20,000 bases of DNA from Craspedostauros australis (lineage: Eukaryota), in NCBI GenBank assembly GCA_030167865.1, contig JALAGF010006529.1:117135-137134 (forward strand). Direction: 5' to 3'. Positions 1-7,915 of this stretch are shown in pieces. Each line of letters opens with the position of its first letter. Within the stretch, counting starts at the first letter, position 1. The position numbers were made by a program, and so were the translations under genes. Below the pieces are notes generated by a model. It saw only the letters and a list, made by a program, of their open reading frames with translations, was not told the DNA's origin and made no database searches.

Positions 1-88
1 TCGTTCCGAATACTTACCGGAATTCATTTGAACGACTCTTTCATCCTCGACTTCATGTATGGTAGTACATGTCTAATGTAATGTAATA

Positions 89-847
89 CTACACAGTGAG
101 AGGAGTGCCTGGTGGATGGCCAGTCTCCGTGCAGCACACTCCTGGGTAGGTCTCGAACTCTCCCGTGTGCCGGCTCATCTGTGCTGTAGCGCAGTACGTG
201 CAGAAGACGGCGCAGCACAGATCCTCGCAGCCGATGCAGTACTGCTCCGGGATGGAGTACTGGGCGCGCATGTTCTGCCGGGTGCGATACATACTGTACA
301 CGCCCCAGACGAGGAAGAGCGCATCGCCGATGGTCCGAAGGACGACGACGTAGAGGGGAACCTCCGATGGTTTGTAGTCCAGAGCCACCAGCGCCAGCGA
401 CGTGGAGTACATGGCGTAGGCGACGATGAGGGCCACGACGACCTTGAAGGTGTGCTGCGTGGAGACCTGCGCACCGTGCTCGCCCAGCCAGGTGAGCTCC
501 ATGCGTCTCATGATCTGTGCGAGGGCGCACTTGGAGCACCAGAAGGCGCAGCAGCAGTGCGGGTGCAGCAATCCCAGGTTGCAGCAGTCCAGCAGACCGT
601 CCTTCCATCGACCCGTGGGGGCGATGATGCGGTTTCTGGAAGCCATGGGCGGAAGCGGCGCCAGGAAGAGCTCTCCCTCCGAAACGCCGCCGTCGGGAAC
701 CTCCACGGTGAACGTTCGGTCAGGATCGTCATTGATGAGAGCATCGAAGGTGTACCCCCCTGGCAAAGACGCGGGGGCCCTCACGTAGATCATCAGCGGC
801 TGGGCGTCGTCATCGTCCACGTGCTGTGCGTACTGCTTCTGCTCCAT
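89..847 (-). CDS. PLAC8-family (Cys-rich, PCR/FW2.2-like) membrane protein with an extra N-terminal beta-rich module, 252 aa
   Basis: Single ORF ATG(847)..TAG(89-91). PLAC8 hallmarks: 'GRWKDGLLDCC', 'HCCCAFWCSKCALAQ', 'RTRQNMRAQYSIP', 'EDLCCAVFCTYCATAQMSRH'. Two hydrophobic helices (VVVALIVAYAMYSTSLALVAL; YVVVLRTIGDALFLVWGVYSM). Strong GC3 bias. Confidence 0.9.
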   Translation of the reverse strand: MEQKQYAQHVDDDDAQPLMIYVRAPASLPGGYTFDALINDDPDRTFTVEVPDGGVSEGELFLAPLPPMASRNRIIAPTGRWKDGLLDCCNLGLLHPHCCCAFWCSKCALAQIMRRMELTWLGEHGAQVSTQHTFKVVVALIVAYAMYSTSLALVALDYKPSEVPLYVVVLRTIGDALFLVWGVYSMYRTRQNMRAQYSIPEQYCIGCEDLCCAVFCTYCATAQMSRHTGEFETYPGVCCTETGHPPGTPLTV

Positions 848-1234
848 CTTTCTCTATCGTGTTGGGATTGGTGTTGGTGTTGTTGTTGGCGCTAGGATTG
901 GTGTTGAGTTTCGTACACTGTCCTCTTCTATCCTCCTCTGTCTGCTTCTGTCTTCTTCTGTGTGATTGGTGGAATACGACACTATTAGATAATATAATAT
1001 ATTATCATACAATAGAATACAATGGTAGGGTAGAGTATTATGTGAGGTATTCACTCCTTTTGCTCTTTTGGTGGCGATGCTATACGAGATCTGTGTCTTT
1101 CTTGGTCGTTGTATGCTGTTCCACGAATGGTTGGGCAAAGAGCAGATCGTAGAGAAGGTACGACTATGATACTCGTGCGATACTTGGACGACTTTTGACT
1201 ATGGCATGTGCTCGCAGCCGTGGTGGTCTTCTGG

Positions 1235-1315
1235 GAGTATTGCGAGTATTGCGAGTATTTCGATGATTGCAATGATTGCAATGATTGATCTCCTTGATCT
1301 CCTTGATCTCCTTGG
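1235..1315. repeat. Compound tandem array of nine 9-bp units in three triplets
   Basis: (GAGTATTGC)2 GAGTATTTC, then GATGATTGC AATGATTGC AATGATTGA, then (TCTCCTTGA)2 TCTCCTTGG, contiguous and in register. Confidence 0.9.
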
Positions 1316-2249
1316 TCTTGCTTGTTTGTTGGCGCCACTGATGTCGTTGGCGCTGTTGCTTGCTCTGGTGTTGTTCCTGTCCGTACAGTTGGAGCCACAA
1401 GCTACCAGCTGTGCAGACATTGGTGATTGCGCGAGTCTGCGCGATCTGCGACCGCATTCGAATTGTTCGGCGGTGGGAGAAACCGCGACGCTGTACACAC
1501 GAGTCAATTTATTATTCGGCCTATGTGGCTCAGCATCGATCGCCATGGTATTGCCGACAAACGTGAACATTGCATGTGAGATCATGATCGCGAGAAACGA
1601 ATTTGTGTCCTACTCGCGTCCGATAACCGTCCAAACGTTACTCATCGTGGCAACTCACAAATCTCTTCGGTCCAAACTTTGGCGACTGCTCGCTGTAGAG
1701 GATCGTCGACAAGAGGCGATTGATGAGAGCACATCAAAATTTGGCAGCACCACCAACCACCAACCACCAACATCACCGAATGATCGTGCAACATTGTAGA
1801 GCAGAAGCAATGAGAGGGATATCAATAGGGTACCTACTCCAGCTCGTACCATAGATTGCACTTGTACATACTCTGAAGTTCGTGGTGTAGCATTATATAA
1901 TACTATCGTGCCCATGTTACGTACATTCACACCTGCACCTGCGCTTGTGGCGATGATCGTAGAGGCGACGATACTAGCATTGATGTGATCGCCACCGTCA
2001 TCGCACACAGCGCCCGTCTGAGCAACTGCCAGGTCGTATTATACTCGTACGTATGGTGCGTATGCTCCATCCTCGGACTCTAGAGTAGCATGGTGCTGCC
2101 CAGCGAGAAGGGCATCTCGCGTCTCGCAGTGGTTGGTCTTAACTATTGCTTCCACCCATCCGTCTTGCCGATGTGTCACACATACTCTTCGCAGGACAGT
2201 GCGAGTACTACTAGCAGCACCATGTAATTGGCCATGCCACCCTCATCCT

Positions 2250-5200
2250 CTAGTTCTCCATGGCGTACAGGAGACGGCTTGCTGCCTCTTCGCACTTGTC
2301 AGGGAATTTGGCGCTCGCAGTTCGAACCAGCTCACCGATGTTGGCCGCTTGCATGGCCTTGAAGTTCTCAGGAATGGCCAATCGCAACAGCACCATGCAG
2401 GCACGTTCCTGGACTTGGCCATCGTCCGCGTACAGCACCATGGCCATGACGATCGCATCCAACGCCTCCTCGTCGACGATCCGCATCTTGCTCGCGTCCG
2501 TGTTGGCAATGTTGCCAAGGACGGCGCAGCCCATCTCCTGGACGGCGGGCGAGTTCGCGTGGGCCTGCATGGCGTTCACAATGGCAGAGATCCCACCAAC
2601 CTCCAGAACTGCATCGCCGTTGTGGATGTCCAGCGACAGAGTGAACAGAGCACGGCAGCACCATTCCTCGACGCCGACGTTGTCCGAATGAACCCACATG
2701 GCACGGATGATGGCGTCGATGCCGTAGCAATCTCCGATGTCTGCCTTGTTCTGGTCGTTGCCTGCCAGGTTGGACAGCGTCCACGCACCTTCCTCCTGCA
2801 CGCCCGCCTCGTCGCGATGCACCTGCATGGCGGTGATGACAGCATCGATAGCTCCGATATTGGCAAGATCCACCTTGTTCTCGTCGTTGTTGGCGCAGAG
2901 GTTGCGCAAGGCTCGCAACGATTTCTCCTGGAGGTACACATCGTCTGGGTGCATCACCATCGAGATCACCACTGCGTCACCGCCGCCGCTGTCCATGATC
3001 TTTTGCTTCAACGGCGACACGTGAGATGCCAGGTTGGCAATGACGGAACATCCCTTGATCTGCACCCTGGCAACATCCGCGTGCTTCCTCATCGCGGCCA
3101 CCACCTGCTCAACGACGCCCTTCTGGCTCAGGATGGCGAGATTGTCCACGGCCGCGCCCATGTTGGAGAGCGCGGCAATTCCCTTCTCCTGGATATCAAT
3201 GTCACTCATAAAGTCAACCATCGCCGCCAGTATCAGATCGACGGCACCCGCGTTCACGAAAGCGATCTGGTTGCGCAAGGTGCCGCTCATGTTCCACACC
3301 GCGCCACATCCCCACAGCTGGACATGCGCGTTGGACAGGTGCTCCTGCATCGCATCGACGATCACCTCCGCTGCGCCCATCTCGGACAGCATGTCCTGGT
3401 CGTCCGCCGTGAGCTGCAACGATGACAGCTCCTCCAGGCCTTCCTGCACCACCACGTGCGAGACAATGGCCTCCCTCAGGATGATGAGGATCTCTGCGTA
3501 GTCAGGACCCACGGAACGGATCCGTTCGATGTACTGGTGTTCGGAATGCGAATCCGATCGCTTCGGCACGCGATTTCCGTTGGGGCCAATGCTCCCGCCG
3601 ATGTCAGGTGTGTGATCGACATCGCTGGTGGTGTGACGGAATCGTCCCGAGCTGGTGCAGCTGGTCCTGCTCTGCAGGGAGGAGCTCCCATCTTCGTTGC
3701 CTTCGAAGACGGCATCGACTCCCGATATGTGCTTCGTTGAAGGCATACGACCGCCGACACCGCCAACCATGTACGGCGGACCATCACCAAACCCAATCTC
3801 CTCTTCAATGGACGACATGGAGCTGAGGGTGCGGCTGCTGCCTACATGCCTCATCCCGGCAACTGTGTTCGAGGGCATGGGGATGTTGAACGAGAATTCG
3901 CCGCCACGGTTCAACACGCCGTGCACTGGAATCTGCTCGAAGGAGTCCCCTTGCTGTTGTTGTTGCTGTTGTTGTTGCTGCTGGTGCGCATGCATTTGGT
4001 GGTGATGGTCATTTTGCAGCACATTCTCCTCCAGATCATCAACAGCAGCCCCAGCCGCGGAGAATGAGTCGGACAGCCGCAGATTGTCATGCGCCCCGTT
4101 GGAAAAACGACGGTTGGCTTGATTGGAGGCATCATAGTCCATAGCAGCAGCAGCAGCAGCTGCCGCACCAGCGGAAGGCTCATGATCGTCAACAGTATGA
4201 ATGGGCACATAAACATCATCTTCGTGATCATCCCCGTCCATCATTCCAGCGTACATTCCATCGTCGTATCCGAATTGCTTCGCCGCCATGATGGTCTCGG
4301 CAGCACGTTGCAACTCCTCTTTGGTCGGCTTTCTCATTTGCGTGACGGAAGCTGCACCTGAACTTCGTCGTCTCGCGGCATGGTTGCTGCCACCATTCAT
4401 CATGGTATTGCCACCTGCCATGCCTCCAGGGATAGGCGCAGACACAGATGAGGTCGATGCAGATGCCATTGTACTGGCATTCCGTTCAACAGATTGCGCA
4501 GAGTTTGAATCATTGGGCCGAATGCTGTGACCACATCGAGCTGCAGCGGAGAGATTTCGACGAGACGAACCCGCTGCATGGAGCTGAGCGAGTCTGCCAT
4601 CGTTCGGCTGACCTGAGGCAGGCGTTTGGTTGTTGTTGTTGCTACTGTTGTTGTTGTTGTTGTTGTTGCTGTTGTTGTGACCGTGAGTATGAGCATGTTT
4701 GCGGTTGTGATTGTGATTGTGACCCTGGCTGTTGGCTGATGACATGGAGAGCGACTTTGGCAATGAGGAGGAGATGCTCTCGGCGCCGCTGGTCACGCTC
4801 AGCAAACTGTTTGCTGATCGAGTGGAGAGAGGTTCACTCGGTTCGCCGTTGATGGGTGCCGAGATGGAGACATGCGCCGACGAGTTCTGTATGGCGCTTC
4901 CACGCCTGGCGACCGCCGCTGCAGCCGCGGCGATATTCGAGTACGGGGATGGCATTGCCTCCGATCCGCTATGCGTGCGTCTGACATTGTTCGTTCTGTT
5001 GGGCGTGGAGAAGGATCTGTCGGTTCTGGCGTGAGACGAATGGGTCCCCACCGACGATGACAGGCCTCCGTGTTGCAAGGATGTGGAGGAGAGGCCGGAG
5101 GACGATCTTAGGTTGACGGTGCGGATTGCCTCCATGGCCACTTCCGACATGGTCTCCGCCGTCGGGCCCCGGCGCTGCGTTGTGGAGGACGATAGGGAGA

Positions 5201-5801
5201 GATTTCTCTGGGACGCGGAGAATCGTTCGAGGTCCTGCTGCGTCGCACGGCGCGTGCCAGCGGCCACAACGACGTTGGGGTTGGAATTGAGATTTGCGGC
5301 GGATGCATTGCCAGCCGGAGCGGCTGCCGTGGACGCCGCGATGACAGAAGATGACGACGTTCCACTTCCGGATCTCCTGAGAGAGTGGGATCGGTGGGAT
5401 GATGTCCCGTTGGTCCCCGTGGAAATGCCGACGGGCGCGTTGGTAGCAGTGGACGTGGTGCTGGTGGTGACGATGCTTGTTGAGACGCTCACCGTGGAAC
5501 CTGCATGTGCGCCTCCCCCGTTGGAGCTTGCGCTTGTTCTTGTCGCAGCAGCTGCGCTTGCATGAATACCAGCCCTTGCGTTGATCTGCTTGAGCTCCTT
5601 TTGCGTGAGCGGGATGCAGCTGAGGCAGCGACCATTGAGGACGTACCCCGGTTGGTTGATGGGCGTGAATTTGAATAGCTTCTTCTTGAAGCACTTTCTG
5701 CCGCACGTCACGCATTCTCCGCGCTTCTTGCGGTACTCCTCCAGCTGTTGACGGGTCATCAAGGACCCCGTCGCGTTGAAGTCTGCTCCCAGCTGCTCCA
5801 T
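2250..5801 (-). CDS. Armadillo (ARM) repeat protein with N-terminal CxxC..CxxC putative Zn-binding module and long disordered linker, 1183 aa
   Basis: Uninterrupted ORF ATG(5801)..TAG(2250-2252). The C-terminal ~430 aa hold about 9 repeats of ~42 aa with consensus G...I..AM..H......Q..GC.AL.NL (e.g. GGISAIVNAMQAHANSPAVQEMGCAVLGNIA), the ARM type seen in LRRK2-N/aardvark-like proteins. N-terminus RGECVTCG..GRCLSC. The middle is S/N/Q/A-rich with polyN and polyQ. Confidence 0.92.
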   Translation of the reverse strand: MEQLGADFNATGSLMTRQQLEEYRKKRGECVTCGRKCFKKKLFKFTPINQPGYVLNGRCLSCIPLTQKELKQINARAGIHASAAAATRTSASSNGGGAHAGSTVSVSTSIVTTSTTSTATNAPVGISTGTNGTSSHRSHSLRRSGSGTSSSSVIAASTAAAPAGNASAANLNSNPNVVVAAGTRRATQQDLERFSASQRNLSLSSSTTQRRGPTAETMSEVAMEAIRTVNLRSSSGLSSTSLQHGGLSSSVGTHSSHARTDRSFSTPNRTNNVRRTHSGSEAMPSPYSNIAAAAAAVARRGSAIQNSSAHVSISAPINGEPSEPLSTRSANSLLSVTSGAESISSSLPKSLSMSSANSQGHNHNHNRKHAHTHGHNNSNNNNNNNSSNNNNQTPASGQPNDGRLAQLHAAGSSRRNLSAAARCGHSIRPNDSNSAQSVERNASTMASASTSSVSAPIPGGMAGGNTMMNGGSNHAARRRSSGAASVTQMRKPTKEELQRAAETIMAAKQFGYDDGMYAGMMDGDDHEDDVYVPIHTVDDHEPSAGAAAAAAAAMDYDASNQANRRFSNGAHDNLRLSDSFSAAGAAVDDLEENVLQNDHHHQMHAHQQQQQQQQQQQGDSFEQIPVHGVLNRGGEFSFNIPMPSNTVAGMRHVGSSRTLSSMSSIEEEIGFGDGPPYMVGGVGGRMPSTKHISGVDAVFEGNEDGSSSLQSRTSCTSSGRFRHTTSDVDHTPDIGGSIGPNGNRVPKRSDSHSEHQYIERIRSVGPDYAEILIILREAIVSHVVVQEGLEELSSLQLTADDQDMLSEMGAAEVIVDAMQEHLSNAHVQLWGCGAVWNMSGTLRNQIAFVNAGAVDLILAAMVDFMSDIDIQEKGIAALSNMGAAVDNLAILSQKGVVEQVVAAMRKHADVARVQIKGCSVIANLASHVSPLKQKIMDSGGGDAVVISMVMHPDDVYLQEKSLRALRNLCANNDENKVDLANIGAIDAVITAMQVHRDEAGVQEEGAWTLSNLAGNDQNKADIGDCYGIDAIIRAMWVHSDNVGVEEWCCRALFTLSLDIHNGDAVLEVGGISAIVNAMQAHANSPAVQEMGCAVLGNIANTDASKMRIVDEEALDAIVMAMVLYADDGQVQERACMVLLRLAIPENFKAMQAANIGELVRTASAKFPDKCEEAASRLLYAMEN

Positions 5802-5820
5802 CTTCTCGTTGCTTGGTTGG

Positions 5821-5885
5821 TTGCGGTTTAATGCGGTTGGATGCGATTGAGTGCGGTTGGATGCGGTTGAGTGCGGTTGAATGCG
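5821..5885. repeat. Degenerate 10-bp tandem repeat (about 6.5 copies) immediately 5' of the ARM gene ATG
   Basis: ttgcggttta atgcggttgg atgcgattga gtgcggttgg atgcggttga gtgcggttga atgcg. Confidence 0.85.
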
Positions 5886-6111
5886 AGCACTGTATCTGAT
5901 TCAGTGAGACGTCTGATCTGCTGGCGAGACGGCGCGGGATGAGATGCGATGAGCCAACCAGGTAACCTGGCGTCTCGTTGATCGCCTGAGTGTCGTTGTC
6001 GTTGTCGTATGGTATGGCCGACAACTGGTCTGATCAAGGGACTGATCGATGGATCGATAGTGAATCCGAGAATCGAGCAGCTCGCAGAAGAGCGCTGTGG
6101 GCCCTTTGTCC

Positions 6112-6113
<2 letters not shown>

Positions 6114-6149
<36 letters not shown>
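6114..6149. repeat. (CT)18 microsatellite
   Basis: Perfect dinucleotide run read directly. Confidence 0.95.
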
Positions 6150-6155
<6 letters not shown>

Positions 6156-6228
6156 ACTTATGTTGGATCTGGTCCCTTCTCAATGCAAGCCGAGTGGAAC
6201 GTGGCAGAGTACTAGGACTCTACTCGCA

Positions 6229-6265
6229 CGTATTGGTGTGCGTACTGGTGTGCGTACTGGTATGT
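6229..6265. repeat. 12-bp tandem repeat x3 (CGTACTGGTGTG)
   Basis: cgtattggtgtg cgtactggtgtg cgtactggtatg. Confidence 0.85.
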
Positions 6266-6936
6266 GGATGACAGAGCACCTTCAAATGGCACCGATCTGG
6301 ATGACCCTCGTCGGTTCCGACCAAGCAAACCAATCTCTCTGGTGACCTCTCCTTCTCCTCCTCGTTTCTCTTGAACAATACACAATGTAATAGAATAGAA
6401 TAGAATAGTATGATAGCTTGTGCCTCAGGTTGTGCCCCTCTCGAGAATGTCCGGAAGGATGCATCAACGAATGCAGTCACCAATACAATAGTAGTAATTG
6501 TATGGCAGATCAACAGATCAGCAGATCACAGGCTCGTATGCCAAGTCTTGCTGTTCGTCCTCCTTCTTGGTCGATCCTTGATCAGTGTTGGATCACTGGT
6601 GGAGCAAGCTTATAGCAATCTTGGTTGAACAGCCAGTCTTTGGCGCCGAATGCCTTCCGGAAACACGCTCCAGATCGAATACACGTGCTCGGGGAGGGAT
6701 TGCGATAGAGTGGAGCAGGGGTGAGCAGGGTGGAGCAGAGTGGAATGGAATGAAGCACTCCGTGGACCTTCAGTGGGGTGGGTCGGAGGGGAGAGTGGTT
6801 GTTGTTATGGTCCACTACCAGAGAGACGACGAGCAGAATAGTCGTATGTAGAATGGTCGTATGGGCTTGTTGGGTGCTCGCAACGGTGGTTGCACTGCTC
6901 CGCCTCTTCAGCTCGTTTTATACTCGTTGGTGTGCA

Positions 6937-6977
6937 GCAAGCAAGCAAGCAACCAAGACAACCAAGACAACCAAGAC
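6937..6977. repeat. (CAAG)n followed by (AACCAAGAC)3
   Basis: caagcaagcaagc aaccaagac aaccaagac aaccaagac read directly. Confidence 0.85.
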
Positions 6978-7316
6978 GAAGCAGGAAGACACAGAGGATC
7001 GCCACAAGAGAGGCAAGATGATGGCACCGTGCGGCACCAGTCACGCAACACCAATCACACCAACCAAGAAACACGATGGCTCCCTCCACACGTATCCGCG
7101 TCACCAAAGGTCTCTCTCTCTCTTGTTTCCTTCTCGTTCTCTCGTTGTCCCCGCCGCCACCACCGCCACGAACAACGGATCGCGACGGTTTCTCCTCTCT
7201 CCCCCCTTTCCTTTCTTTCTTGCTCTCCTGTGCGTTGCAATTCGCGTATGTTCGCGTCATCATTCCCCTTTTCCACTTGGACATTCGTGACCAACGCCTT
7301 CTCCTTCTCTCTTCTG

Positions 7317-7450
7317 ATTGGAGCAACCCAATGCCATTCCCCGAAAATTCAGTCCCACCAATGCCAAAATGACCAATTCATCCGTCCACGGAACTGTGAC
7401 ATGTCAGTGCTTTTTGCCCAATGGCGGATTCCTGTTTGTTCACGAATTGG
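7317..7450. promoter_or_regulatory. Putative promoter: cluster of six CCAAT/ATTGG boxes plus palindrome TGACATGTCA
   Basis: ATTGG 7317, CCAAT 7328, 7358, 7373, 7418, ATTGG 7446; palindrome 7397-7406. Lies upstream of the minus-strand ARM gene, at the end of a microsatellite-rich leader. Function is inferred. Confidence 0.45.
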
Positions 7451-7821
7451 ATTCAGTGAAACGATTGACTACAAAGGCGAGGTTAGACTAGAGTCGACTA
7501 GAGCGGAGTACCCATGTACCATCCGGGTGTACTCTACCACAAAGACACCACTCCTACCCCTTTCTGAGTATTGCACTACTGTACTCTGCTCATAGAATAC
7601 AAACGTTCCTAATCTGTGTGTAAATATATGCACAGTACGAACATGCATCCTTACATCTATCCATGCGTTATTCCATGCGGCTGTACATCGAGTGTCTCTG
7701 TGTTTCGCACTGTAGTTCTTCCTCCTCTCGTTCTCTGTCACAGACGCCTCCCAGCACTTGCTTCCTAAAATAGAAGAGGGCATCCTCTCGTTCTATCGAC
7801 CCTCAAGATCGACCAATGGTT

Positions 7822-7853
7822 TCCAATCTAATCCAATCCAATCCAATCCAATC
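7822..7853. repeat. (TCCAA)n pentanucleotide microsatellite in the 3' flank of the 7916..11905 gene
   Basis: tccaa tctaa tccaa tccaa tccaa tccaa tc. Confidence 0.85.
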
Positions 7854-7915
7854 AGGTCAGAAAGGATCCAGTCTGGAGTGTGCGAGAATGTAGCCGAGTG
7901 GGCATAGTGTCGCAA

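Noticed and set aside
116..895. 259-aa plus-strand ORF and other overlapping frames over the PLAC8 gene
   Set aside because: Antisense or off-frame shadows of a GC3-rich gene with no motif.
1051..1799. ORFs 1206..1799 (+), 1051..1398 (-) and neighbours, some looking like membrane proteins
   Set aside because: All frames stay open because of the 9-bp repeats; the peptides are repeat translations (SIASIA, LLDLLD) without coding bias.
2133..3425. 430-aa plus-strand ORF
   Set aside because: Antisense shadow of the ARM repeats, non-ATG start.
4969..6024. 351-aa alternative minus-strand frame over the ARM gene 5' end
   Set aside because: Off-frame, Arg-rich shadow with a non-ATG start, running through a minisatellite.
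6778..7595. 170-244-aa ORFs in the ARM upstream region
   Set aside because: Low-complexity microsatellite translations with no domain or codon bias.
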